Shown piece by piece: positions 1-9,045 of a DNA stretch of 38,578 nucleotides (within the stretch, counting starts at the first letter, position 1; each line of letters opens with the position of its first letter). The stretch is from Puia sp. (GTDB lineage: Bacteria > Bacteroidota > Bacteroidia > Chitinophagales > Chitinophagaceae). The notes beneath the pieces were generated by a model. The model was not told the DNA's origin. It made no database searches and saw nothing but the letters and a program-made list of their open reading frames with translations. The translations under genes were made by a program, and so were the position numbers. The DNA lies in NCBI GenBank assembly GCA_036495145.1, contig DASXNJ010000287.1, positions 1 through 38,578 on the forward strand, in the 5' to 3' direction.

Positions 1-1392
1 GTCGAGGGAAATGATCATTGCCAAACACAAAACGGCTCCCAATATGGGCACCAGAGGAACAAGTGGCGTTCTGAAAGGACGCGGGTGATCAGGATCTGCC
101 TTCCTCATAATAATTATACCCACACAAACCAGTGCGAATGCAAGCAAAGTTCCGATACTGGTCAGGTCGCCTGTTATATCACCCGGAAGAAGAGTAGCGA
201 TCGAGCCTACAAAGAGAAACAATAGAGCGTTCGATTTATAAGGTGTTCTGAATTTTGGATGCAAATCGGAGAATACTTTTGGTAACAGCCCATCATTGGA
301 CATAGAATAAAATACCCTGCTCTGTCCAAGGAGCATTACAAGGATAACCGAAGAAAATCCGGCCAGTATTCCAACCGTGACCCATTTGGCAAGCCAGTGA
401 TAGTTGGTCATATATGTTTCAATGGCGTATGCCACAGATGCTTCTTTTCCTGCACGTACAAAATCTGTATATGGAGCCACTCCTGTAAGAACCCAGGAAA
501 AAAGTACATACAATATTGTACAAATGACCAGTGAACCCAGAATTCCGATCGGCATATCTTTTTTCGGATTTTTTGCTTCCTGTGCGGCTGTAGACACTGC
601 ATCGAAACCAATGAAAGCAAAAAATACGATAGCAGCCCCGCGCAGCACACCACCCCAGCCATGCCTGAAAAAATTGGTGTACGTGTATTCATTGCCATTC
701 GGAAGAATCGCTGACTTGGCATCCGCTGGTATCATATATGGATGATGATTTGCAGGATTTATATACTGCCATCCGAGGGCTATGAAAAGCAAAACAATGG
801 AGACTTTGATGATCACAATGATGGAATTCACGATGGCAGATTCCTGTGTTCCTTTTATAAGTAATAAGGAAAGTACCAGTAGAATAAATAGTGAAGGAGC
901 ATTTAATATCCCATGATGCATAACACCATTTGCATCCAGCAATCTTTCAAAAGGAGAATGACACCACTCATAAGGTATCCTGTTGTCAAATAACTTATTG
1001 AGGAATTCACTCCATGCAATGGATACTGTTGCGGCACCAAGCGCGTATTCCAGCACCAGCGCCCATCCGATAATCCAGGCTACGAGTTCTCCCATGGTTG
1101 CATAAGCATAGGTATAGGCGCTCCCGGCAATGGGAATCATGGATGCGAACTCTGCATAGCAAAGACCGGCAAAAGCACATCCCACGGCCGCAACAATAAA
1201 TGAGACGGTAACGGCAGCTCCTGCATGACCGCCGGCAGCTGCAGCAGTCCTCACAAATAAACCGGCGCCAATAATGGCGCCAATTCCAAGGGCAATGAGA
1301 TTCCCTGGTCCGAGCGTCCTCTTTAAACTTTTTTCAGAATCTGCAGCCTGCGCCAATAAAGAACTCAAAGTCTTTTTTCTGAATAAGCCCAT
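1..1392 (-). CDS. APC-family amino acid permease (3' end runs off the window)
   Basis: Not in the ORF track. Hand translation from ATG at 1392 gives MGLFRKKTLSSLLAQAADSEKSLKRTLGPGNLIALGIGAIIGAGLF...AGLCYAEFASMIPIAGSAYTYAYATMGE, the typical cationic-amino-acid/APC permease N-terminus. Confidence 0.93.
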   Translation of the reverse strand, partial: MGLFRKKTLSSLLAQAADSEKSLKRTLGPGNLIALGIGAIIGAGLFVRTAAAAGGHAGAAVTVSFIVAAVGCAFAGLCYAEFASMIPIAGSAYTYAYATMGELVAWIIGWALVLEYALGAATVSIAWSEFLNKLFDNRIPYEWCHSPFERLLDANGVMHHGILNAPSLFILLVLSLLLIKGTQESAIVNSIIVIIKVSIVLLFIALGWQYINPANHHPYMIPADAKSAILPNGNEYTYTNFFRHGWGGVLRGAAIVFFAFIGFDAVSTAAQEAKNPKKDMPIGILGSLVICTILYVLFSWVLTGVAPYTDFVRAGKEASVAYAIETYMTNYHWLAKWVTVGILAGFSSVILVMLLGQSRVFYSMSNDGLLPKVFSDLHPKFRTPYKSNALLFLFVGSIATLLPGDITGDLTSIGTLLAFALVCVGIIIMRKADPDHPRPFRTPLVPLVPILGAVLCLAMIISLD

Positions 1393-1535
1393 AAGTATAT
1401 TTTGGTTGGGATATGAATTATAAAGCTTGTAAAGTAAACAAATATTCCATTCCCACACATTTTTAACGCCCAATTCAACCAACTAACATTTTGCCATCCG
1501 GATAATATTCTATTGTTTGCAGACTAAACAGCAAC

Positions 1536-2762
1536 ATGAAGAAACCCGGATTAACCGGTTTGATCGTCATTGCCATGGTTGCGGGAATTATCACCGGGTT
1601 GCTGATTCATCTTGGAGCAGGTACATACTGGAGCGAACAGTATTCGGATTATATGTCCATCATAACGGACATTTTCCTTCGCCTGATAAAAATGATCATA
1701 GCACCACTGGTGTTTTCCAGTCTGGTAACGGGGATCGCAAAAATGGGCGACATGAAAGCGGTTGGAAGGATTGGTGCCAAAACGCTGGCCTGGTTTCTCG
1801 GAGCATCCCTGATCTCGCTGCTTCTGGGGTTAATTGTCATGAACCTTGTAAACCTTGGGAATAATCTCCATTTACCCATTCCGGATCTTTCGGAAGCCGG
1901 TAAAATAGAAAACGGATCGACACTCAGCTTTAAGACATTTATCACACATGTATTTCCGCGAAGCTTTGTCGAATCCATGTCAAACAATGAAATATTGCAG
2001 ATCGTTGTCTTTGCGATTTTTTTTGGAATTGCTACTGCAGCGGTTGGCGAAAAAGGAAAAGTATTTATTCGCGCGCTTGATTCGCTGACCGAAATCATTT
2101 TAAAAGTAACTGGTTACGTCATGTATTTTGCTCCTGTTGCGGCTTTTGCAGCTGTGTCTGCAATTCTCTCATTGAAAGGCCCGGAGATTTTAATTACCTA
2201 TGGAAAATTTATAGGTATATTTTATCTGAGTATTTTGTTTTTGTGGTTCCTGTTGATATCGGTTAGTTATATGTGGATCGGAAGAAAAGTTTTTACTGTA
2301 GTGACGAATGTAAAGGAACTGGTTCTGCTTGCTTTCACGACGGCTAGTTCGGAGGCAGCTTTTCCGCGACTCATTGAAGCCCTTGAAAAATCAGGTTGCC
2401 CAAAAAAGATCGTCAGTTTTGTTTTACCACTGGGATATTCATTTAATCTGGACGGGAGCATGTTGTATATGGGGTTTTCTTCCCTGTTTATTGCGCAGGC
2501 ATACGGCATGAATTTATCTTTTGCCACACAGGTGACCATGCTGCTGGTTCTCATGCTCACCAGCAAAGGTGTTGCGGGAGTTCCGCGTGCAGCCCTGGTG
2601 GTAATAGCAGGAACCCTGTCGATGTTTCATATCCCGCAACAGGGTTTATTATTGTTATTGGGGATTGATCAGGTGCTTGACATGGCCAGAAGCGCAACGA
2701 ATGTGGTTGGAAATAGCCTGGCCTCGGCAGTTATATGCAAAATGGAAGGCGTATTGGAATAG
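1536..2762 (+). CDS. Dicarboxylate/amino acid:cation symporter (DAACS, GltP/DctA-like)
   Basis: Motifs FLRLIKMIIAPLVF, AFTTASSEAAFP, LGYSFNLDG, LTSKGVAGVP, DMARSATNVVGN. Confidence 0.95.
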   Translation: MKKPGLTGLIVIAMVAGIITGLLIHLGAGTYWSEQYSDYMSIITDIFLRLIKMIIAPLVFSSLVTGIAKMGDMKAVGRIGAKTLAWFLGASLISLLLGLIVMNLVNLGNNLHLPIPDLSEAGKIENGSTLSFKTFITHVFPRSFVESMSNNEILQIVVFAIFFGIATAAVGEKGKVFIRALDSLTEIILKVTGYVMYFAPVAAFAAVSAILSLKGPEILITYGKFIGIFYLSILFLWFLLISVSYMWIGRKVFTVVTNVKELVLLAFTTASSEAAFPRLIEALEKSGCPKKIVSFVLPLGYSFNLDGSMLYMGFSSLFIAQAYGMNLSFATQVTMLLVLMLTSKGVAGVPRAALVVIAGTLSMFHIPQQGLLLLLGIDQVLDMARSATNVVGNSLASAVICKMEGVLE

Positions 2763-2853
2763 CGAACCGCTATTTTCATTTTATTATTTGCTTTTAAATC
2801 TTAATTTGGCGGCGGTTATATTGGATTCGACGGATCCGGGCCAATGCAAGCGT

Positions 2854-3546
2854 ATGATAAATTTTCTGGCAATTTCTTTCAGGGACCTGCTGAATCCCGA
2901 ATTCTACATAAACAATGGCGGCCTCTGGGTAATGCTTTTTATAGTATTTGCAGAAACCGGCCTGATGGTTGGATTCTTTCTTCCGGGCGACAGCCTCCTG
3001 TTTGTAGCGGGGATTTACAGTCAAAAGCTCATCGACAAACTGATACCGGGTGGAACCGGAAGTGATTTTTTCAATATTATCATACTCTGGATACTGGTTT
3101 CATTTTTCGGTATACTGGGAAATATGGTGGGATACTGGTTTGGCAAAAAAAGTGGTGACTATCTTTTCCAACGAAAGGACAATTTCTTTTTTAAGAAGAA
3201 ACATCTCTTCGACGCAAAAACATTCTATGACAAACACGGAGGTCAGGCCATTGTATTTGCAAGGTTTTTACCGATCATTCGCACATTCGCCCCAATCGTC
3301 GCCGGCATCGTTCAGATGGAGAAGAAAAAATTCATATATTATAATATCATCGGTTCTGTGGCCTGGGTATTCCTCATGTTATTTGCAGGTCATTACCTCG
3401 ATAAGTTTTTTATGAATAAATTTAATTTTGATTTGAAAAAACATCTCGAGGTGATTGTTATTGGTATTGTGCTGATAACAACCCTGCCAGTTTTATATAA
3501 AATGTTTTTTGGGAAAAAGCCAAGTTCACATCCTGAAGACTTATGA
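2854..3546 (+). CDS. DedA family (VTT domain) membrane protein
   Basis: FAETGLMVGFFLPGDSLLF and ARFLPIIRTFAPIVAG motifs. Start moved to the ATG at 2854 because the longer ORF overlaps the upstream gene. Confidence 0.93.
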   Translation: MINFLAISFRDLLNPEFYINNGGLWVMLFIVFAETGLMVGFFLPGDSLLFVAGIYSQKLIDKLIPGGTGSDFFNIIILWILVSFFGILGNMVGYWFGKKSGDYLFQRKDNFFFKKKHLFDAKTFYDKHGGQAIVFARFLPIIRTFAPIVAGIVQMEKKKFIYYNIIGSVAWVFLMLFAGHYLDKFFMNKFNFDLKKHLEVIVIGIVLITTLPVLYKMFFGKKPSSHPEDL

Positions 3547-4787
3547 GCCTTTCTGTTGCCAAACGTTCGCCCGGAATATTTAATCTCGCGGTAATCGTTG
3601 CCGCTCTCGGATATTTTGTTGATATCTACGACCTGCTGCTTTTTACCATTGTTAAAAAAGAATCGCTTTTGCATGTGGGTTCCACAGACGCCAGTTTATT
3701 GGCAGACAGCAGCAAAGTGATTAACTGGCAGATGATTGGTTTACTGCTTGGAGGAATCGCCTGGGGCATGCTCGCAGATAAAAAAGGCAGACTTTCCGTG
3801 CTTTTTGGTTCCATCATCCTGTATTCCACAGCCAATTTTTTTACTGCTTTTATACATACCGTTGACCAATATGCGCTTTGCCGGTTCGTAGCCGGTTTGG
3901 GCCTTGCGGGCGAATTGGGAGCCGGAATTACGCTGGTCAGTGAATTACTGCCAAAGGAAAAAAGGGGCATCGGCACAGCAATGGTTGCCGGGATCGGACT
4001 CCTGGGTGCCGTAGGCGCTTATTTTACCTATCAGTTCACGAAAGACTGGCGACTCTGTTATAAAATCGGAGGAATTCTGGGCATGGTTCTGCTTGTCATG
4101 CGTATTAGCGTGGTGGAGTCCGGCATGTTTATCCAGATAAAACAACAGGCAGTACAAAGAGGTAATTTTTTCATGTTCTTTACCAACAGAATCCGCTTTC
4201 GTAAATATCTGAACGCAATACTGATTGGTCTCCCCACCTGGTTTGTTATCGGAATCATGGTAAATCAGAGCGACCGGTTTGCAAAGTTCATGTATGGCAG
4301 TACCAGCCTGGATTCCGGAAGATCTGTTATGTTTGCCTATGTTGCCTTGTCCGTAGGAGATATTTTTGGTGGTTTTTTATGTCAATGGTTTAAAAGCCGC
4401 AAAAAAGGGTTACTGACATTCTATATTTTAGGAATCGTTTCGGGTTTTTTATTTTTTTCGGGTTATAACAGTAATGATTCCTTTATGTATTTCTGTTGTG
4501 CCCTGCTGGGTTTTTCCAATGGATACTGGGCTATTTTCGTAACGATGGGTGCTGAACAATTCGGAACCAATCTGAGGGCAACCGCAGCCACCACCATCCC
4601 GAATATGGTTCGTGGTGTTTTACCATTGCTGAACCTGCTTTTTCTGGATCTTTTTCAAAAAAGCTGGGGCTGGAATCTTGTCCGCAGTGGCATCATTACC
4701 GGGGTCATTGTTACCCTGATCAGTTTCATAGCATTCTATTTCACGGACGAAACTTATCATAAAGACCTGAATTATATAGAACAATAG
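3543..4787 (+). CDS. MFS transporter
   Basis: About 12 hydrophobic segments, motif A GMLADKKGRL, RFVAGLGLAGE, AEQFGTNLRATA. ATGA overlap with DedA. Confidence 0.93.
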   Translation: MSLSVAKRSPGIFNLAVIVAALGYFVDIYDLLLFTIVKKESLLHVGSTDASLLADSSKVINWQMIGLLLGGIAWGMLADKKGRLSVLFGSIILYSTANFFTAFIHTVDQYALCRFVAGLGLAGELGAGITLVSELLPKEKRGIGTAMVAGIGLLGAVGAYFTYQFTKDWRLCYKIGGILGMVLLVMRISVVESGMFIQIKQQAVQRGNFFMFFTNRIRFRKYLNAILIGLPTWFVIGIMVNQSDRFAKFMYGSTSLDSGRSVMFAYVALSVGDIFGGFLCQWFKSRKKGLLTFYILGIVSGFLFFSGYNSNDSFMYFCCALLGFSNGYWAIFVTMGAEQFGTNLRATAATTIPNMVRGVLPLLNLLFLDLFQKSWGWNLVRSGIITGVIVTLISFIAFYFTDETYHKDLNYIEQ

Positions 4788-4854
4788 CCTGGTTGCGGTC
4801 TACGTATGCTGAATCCCTATCTTCGCGCCTGATTTTCCCGTATATACTTATCTG

Positions 4855-5877
4855 ATGAAATTCTTGATTATTCGCCTTTCCTCCATCGGGGATATTGTTC
4901 TGACTACTCCCGTAATCCGGTGCCTGAAAAAACAGGTTCCGGATGCAGAGATTCACTATCTCACCAAGTCCACCTACATGCAAATTCTCTCGTCGAATCC
5001 ATATATCGATAAAGCGCATTATTTGGAAAAAAGCCTGCAGGCCATAATTTTGGAATTGAAAAGAGAAAATTTCGATTATATCATCGACCTGCATCATAAT
5101 CTCCGGTCCATGAAAGTAAAGGATGCCTTAAAAGTAAAATCCTTTTCATTTAATAAACTCAATATTCGTAAATGGTTCTATACGAGTTTCAAATGGAATT
5201 TCCTTCCGGATGTGCATATTGTAGATCGTTACATGGAAACGGTTGCGTCTTTTGGTGTAAGGAATGATGGTGCAGGTCTGGATTATTTTATTGCCAAAGA
5301 AGACGTAATTAAAGACTCTGATCTGCCAACACCTCATCAGCTGGGCTTTGTGGGAGTGGTGATAGGTGCTGCATTAAATACAAAAAAATATCCGTTTCAT
5401 CATTTAAAGAGAGTTTGCGAATTGCTGGATCACCCGATCGTTTTACTCGGAGGCCTGGAAGATGCAGATGAAGGCGACCGGATTGCCGCCAGCGACAAGA
5501 TCAAGATATATAATGCATGCGGAAAATTCGGATTGAATGAATCAGCCGATCTCGTGCGTCGGGCCAAATTGGTTGTTACCAATGATACGGGACTGATGCA
5601 TATTGCTGCCGCCTATAACCGTCCTCTGATTTCATTATGGGGAAATACGGTGCCTGCTTTCGGCATGTATCCTTATTACGGGAGCAAATTTTTACAAGTC
5701 ACCGGAGCCAGAAAGAACCAGCTTCCATACGATATTATTGAGATCAATAATCTGCGTTGCAGACCGTGTTCGAAAATAGGGTATGATATATGCCCCCTCG
5801 GTCATTTTAAATGCATGGAACAAATAGATCCTGCCTTTGTAGTTGCCAAAATAAGGGAAAGACTCGCTGTTATTTGA
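4855..5877 (+). CDS. Glycosyltransferase family 9 (heptosyltransferase-like)
   Basis: N-terminal IIRLSSIGDIVLTTP and VTNDTGLMHIAAA motifs; C-terminal CRPC...CPLGHFKCM. Confidence 0.92.
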   Translation: MKFLIIRLSSIGDIVLTTPVIRCLKKQVPDAEIHYLTKSTYMQILSSNPYIDKAHYLEKSLQAIILELKRENFDYIIDLHHNLRSMKVKDALKVKSFSFNKLNIRKWFYTSFKWNFLPDVHIVDRYMETVASFGVRNDGAGLDYFIAKEDVIKDSDLPTPHQLGFVGVVIGAALNTKKYPFHHLKRVCELLDHPIVLLGGLEDADEGDRIAASDKIKIYNACGKFGLNESADLVRRAKLVVTNDTGLMHIAAAYNRPLISLWGNTVPAFGMYPYYGSKFLQVTGARKNQLPYDIIEINNLRCRPCSKIGYDICPLGHFKCMEQIDPAFVVAKIRERLAVI

Positions 5878-6436
5878 TATGCTGGCCGGTCCAGGTACCG
5901 CTTTTATCAAAAATATTATAACCAACCACGGAATCAAAACATAAATAATTTCCGTCCCAAACTCCTTTCACATCAAAATGATTGAAAATACCTGGTGAGG
6001 CTCTTACATAAAAGCCGGTCCATTCTCCCTGTGCATCAAAAGTGAGCATGAGTTGCTGGGTGGCTATCGAAACATATCCAATCAGGTCGTCCGTCTTATT
6101 AAAAATATAAAGTCCTTTCCATGCGGGATTCTTCGGATGATATTCATTGTGATACATCGGGTTCAGCGTTTTGTTTATATCCGGATTCAATTCAAAATGA
6201 TTGAGCGGATTGATCGTGCTGTTGAACTCGGGATTCACATCATTATTATGCATCGGATTGATATTCCAGTTATACTTCGGATTGATATTTGAATTCTTTT
6301 CCGGATTCAGTGTGCTGTTGAATGTGGGACTCAGATTAAAATCAATTTTAGGATCATGCCGGTTCTCCAGACTTTGGGAAAACCCCTCATGAATCATCAA
6401 CAGGGATGCAATAGAAAGGAGTAAAATTTTTTTCAT
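5870..6436 (-). CDS. Secreted hypothetical protein: 10 x 8-aa Asn-Pro repeats plus four-fold repeated beta domain (paralog A)
   Basis: 188-aa ORF, signal peptide MKKILLL...GFS|Q, clear internal periodicity, collinear with the neighbouring paralog. Confidence 0.88.
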   Translation of the reverse strand: MKKILLLSIASLLMIHEGFSQSLENRHDPKIDFNLSPTFNSTLNPEKNSNINPKYNWNINPMHNNDVNPEFNSTINPLNHFELNPDINKTLNPMYHNEYHPKNPAWKGLYIFNKTDDLIGYVSIATQQLMLTFDAQGEWTGFYVRASPGIFNHFDVKGVWDGNYLCFDSVVGYNIFDKSGTWTGQHIK

Positions 6437-6495
6437 ACTGTTCGAATTTAGGTTACGGGTTTTTTTAAAATTTAAGGTACAATATTAAACGGTCC

Positions 6496-7173
6496 TTACT
6501 TTACGTAGATATGTGTCCATTTGCCATTCCTGTCGAACAGGTTATAACCGCTCTGGTTGTCAAAACAAAGGAACATACCTGTCCACACACCAAACAATGT
6601 AAAGTAATTATAAATGTTGTCTCCGGCCTTGACATAATAGCCATTCCAGGTGCCGCTATTGTCAAACGATAACATTACATTCTGCGTGGCGACCGAAATA
6701 TATCCAAATAACTGGTTTGAATTATTAAAGAGAAATAGTCCTTTCCATGTTTCGGTTGAAGGACGAAGACCCTTCATGATAACCGGATTCAGAACATCGT
6801 TCGATTGCGGATTCAACTGCAAATTGATCATCGGATTGATCGTAGCATTTTGCGTCGGGTTCAATGAATTTTCCTTCAGGGGATTCATACTGTAATTGGT
6901 CGTAGGATTGATGAACCGATTACTATCCGGGTTGATTTTCTTGTTTATGTAAGGATTGAGATTGGCATCTTTTCTCGGGTCATGCCCGCGAAAAGCCATG
7001 TCGATCTGAGCCTGCTTTGCAGCAGCTTCACTTTGTGCAGGTTGAACGGTATTTTCTGACTGCTGCGCCAGTGCATCCGTATCATTCTGTGCGATGGGTG
7101 CAGAACTGTCGGTCTGTGCAAACAGCCCGGAAATGAAAAAAACGAAAACGGTCGAAAGTAGAAATCCTCTCAT
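6496..7173 (-). CDS. Secreted hypothetical protein: 10 x 8-aa Asn-Pro repeats plus four-fold repeated beta domain (paralog B)
   Basis: 225-aa ORF, signal peptide ...GLFA|Q, Ala/Gln-rich linker, then the same architecture as 5870..6436 (43/83 identities in the C-terminal domain by hand count). Confidence 0.88.
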   Translation of the reverse strand: MRGFLLSTVFVFFISGLFAQTDSSAPIAQNDTDALAQQSENTVQPAQSEAAAKQAQIDMAFRGHDPRKDANLNPYINKKINPDSNRFINPTTNYSMNPLKENSLNPTQNATINPMINLQLNPQSNDVLNPVIMKGLRPSTETWKGLFLFNNSNQLFGYISVATQNVMLSFDNSGTWNGYYVKAGDNIYNYFTLFGVWTGMFLCFDNQSGYNLFDRNGKWTHIYVK

Positions 7174-7329
7174 ACGAATTACGGGTTGTAAGTACGTTGG
7201 ATTCTATGCGACTTTTCGCTGGGATACGAGGATGAAGACTAGGGAAGATTCGAAAGAAAGCCTAAAGGTAATAAGGAGGGTTGATATTGTCAATAGGGAC
7301 AGGGATTAAAGCCGAAAGCTTTATTAATG

Positions 7330-7472
7330 TGGCGATTGTGAAGGGGTAGAAAATGTAGGTATTCAAAATTAAATTTGCAAATGACAATGTGAAAGGGTGA
7401 GATTTATTTTCAAATTGTCATTTCCTTTTTCAATTTTCACCCTATTCATTTTCTACCCTTCCTCAATCACCA
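7330..7472. repeat. Long imperfect inverted repeat downstream of mdh
   Basis: 7344-7355 pairs with 7447-7458 (12/12), 7379-7394 with 7408-7423 (15/16), 7330-7338 with 7464-7472 (8/9). Confidence 0.8.
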
Positions 7473-7475
7473 AAC

Positions 7476-8414
7476 TTAAACAGCTTTAAGTGTTGATAGC
7501 ACGTCATTCATATTACGCACGGCGTCGGCGCTTTTTGCAAAAAGAGCTTTCTCCTCAGCGTTTAGATCAAAGGGAATAATTTTCTCCCAGCCTTTCTTGC
7601 CGATTGTCACCGGTACACCCAGACAAATATCTTTCTGACCGTATTCGCCTTCCAGAGAAACGCAACAGGTAAACAATTTCTTTTCATCCCTTACAATAGT
7701 TTCTACCAAGGCCGCTCCTGCCGCACCCGGAGCGTACCAGGCAGAAGTTCCGATGAGTTTGGTTAAAGTGGCGCCGCCAACCATGGTGTCGGCTATGATT
7801 TGTTTCTGTTTTTCTTCAGACAATAAATTGGTGACAGGAACACTATTCCAGGTTGCGAAGCGGATCAGTGGAATCATGGTTGTATCACCATGTCCTCCAA
7901 TGACCAGCGCATTCAAATCGGCCGGGCTGCAGCCGAGATGCTGACTAAGCTGGTATTTAAATCTTGAACTATCCAGCGTACCACCCATACCAATAATTCT
8001 TTCCCTGGGTAATCCGGATTCCTTTAGCGTGAGATAAGTCATCGTGTCCATCGGATTACTGATGATGATCAGGATGGCATCCGGCGAATACTTCAGGATA
8101 TTATCGGTTACTGTCTTCACGATACCCGCATTGGTTCCTATCAGTTCTTCGCGGGTCATTCCGGGCTTGCGCGGCAGGCCAGAGGTAATAACCACCACAT
8201 TGCTGCCGGCGGTTTTTGTATAGTCGTTGGTACTTCCGCTTACTCTTGTATCGAACCCGAGCAATGTGGCAGATTGCATAATATCCTGTGCCTTTCCCTC
8301 TGCAAATCCTTCCCTGATATCAAGCAGAACCAATTCTTCGGCGAGTTCCTTTCGTGCAATATTATCTGCGCAGGTTGCACCTACGGCCCCTGCGCCAACT
8401 ACGGTAACTTTCAT
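7476..8414 (-). CDS. mdh: Malate dehydrogenase (LDH-like MDH)
   Basis: GAGAVG Rossmann motif, PRKPGMTREEL substrate loop, NPMD, LDSSR, GGHGD. Confidence 0.97.
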   Translation of the reverse strand: MKVTVVGAGAVGATCADNIARKELAEELVLLDIREGFAEGKAQDIMQSATLLGFDTRVSGSTNDYTKTAGSNVVVITSGLPRKPGMTREELIGTNAGIVKTVTDNILKYSPDAILIIISNPMDTMTYLTLKESGLPRERIIGMGGTLDSSRFKYQLSQHLGCSPADLNALVIGGHGDTTMIPLIRFATWNSVPVTNLLSEEKQKQIIADTMVGGATLTKLIGTSAWYAPGAAGAALVETIVRDEKKLFTCCVSLEGEYGQKDICLGVPVTIGKKGWEKIIPFDLNAEEKALFAKSADAVRNMNDVLSTLKAV

Positions 8415-8441
8415 TAGAATTTATTTAAAGTTTGAAGACAG

Positions 8442-8449
8442 CAAAACTA
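8442..8449 (-). promoter_or_regulatory. Bacteroidota -7 promoter element (TAGTTTTG) for mdh
   Basis: Matches the TAnnTTTG consensus, 27 nt upstream of the ATG. Confidence 0.7.
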
Positions 8450-8524
8450 ATTATTAATTATTAAGGATTAATGATTAATTGTGCGTGAATGTATTAATCA
8501 TTAATCCTTAATAATTAATAATTA
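8448..8524. repeat. Perfect 32-bp inverted repeat made of 7-nt units (TAATTAT/TAAGGAT/TAATGAT), 13-nt loop
   Basis: 8448-8479 taattattaattattaaggattaatgattaat is the exact reverse complement of 8493-8524. Confidence 0.95.
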
Positions 8525-8529
8525 ATTGC

Positions 8530-9045
8530 TTACTTTTCTTTGCCCTGAAACGCAAGTAAAAGAGTATCAACTTTCTGATTGCCTTCAAATTTAGTAATGA
8601 ACTGTCCTTTTTTATCGTAAAGGGCGAGGCATGGCAGGCTTTGCATTCTGTAATATGGAGGAAGCATATATTTATCATCCCTGCCCATCATGATATTTGA
8701 ATGATCGGCGATCCTGAAATAAGTATAGAAAGATTTCATTTCGTCGAATGGCTGAAAGGTTGCCATTACAATTTCGATGTCTTTAAATTTATTGGCGTCT
8801 GCCAGAATATCCCGCATCTGATGTTTACAATGCTCACATTCGGGGCTGAAAAAGATGACAAGAACTTTATGATTTTTCTTGATGTCATCTTTGGTAAGAT
8901 AATGGAGGCTATCGACTTCCAGCAGGCGGAAAGGAGGAATGCCAGGATTTTTCAGATAGGGTGGTTCAGGAACATTATTAGGCACCTGGGATTGAACTGA
9001 AGTAAAAAATACAAGTCCCAGGACAATTGCCAGCACACGCTTCAT
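8530..9045 (-). CDS. Exported thioredoxin-fold (TlpA/redoxin-like) protein
   Basis: FFSPECEHCK CxxC motif and cis-Pro loop QSLP. Signal peptide MKRVLAIVLGLVFFTSVQS|Q supports the start at 9045. Confidence 0.85.
   Translation of the reverse strand: MKRVLAIVLGLVFFTSVQSQVPNNVPEPPYLKNPGIPPFRLLEVDSLHYLTKDDIKKNHKVLVIFFSPECEHCKHQMRDILADANKFKDIEIVMATFQPFDEMKSFYTYFRIADHSNIMMGRDDKYMLPPYYRMQSLPCLALYDKKGQFITKFEGNQKVDTLLLAFQGKEK

Noticed and set aside
404-745. Short ORFs 404..745(+) and 408..722(-)
   Set aside because: Shadows of the APC permease that occupies 1..1392 on the minus strand.
2665-2853. N-terminal extension of the DedA ORF
   Set aside because: Overlaps the symporter, uses a non-standard start and has no family resemblance; ATG 2854 preferred.
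5870-6121. T9SS C-terminal sorting domain in the Asn-Pro repeat proteins
   Set aside because: Similar size and terminal Lys, but it lacks the YPNP start and GxY/KxxK pattern and is internally four-fold repeated.
6122-6987. CRISPR array or DNA-level VNTR (24-nt periodic ggatt motifs)
   Set aside because: The periodicity is the Asn-Pro codon pattern inside ORFs; there are no identical repeats with spacers and no cas genes.
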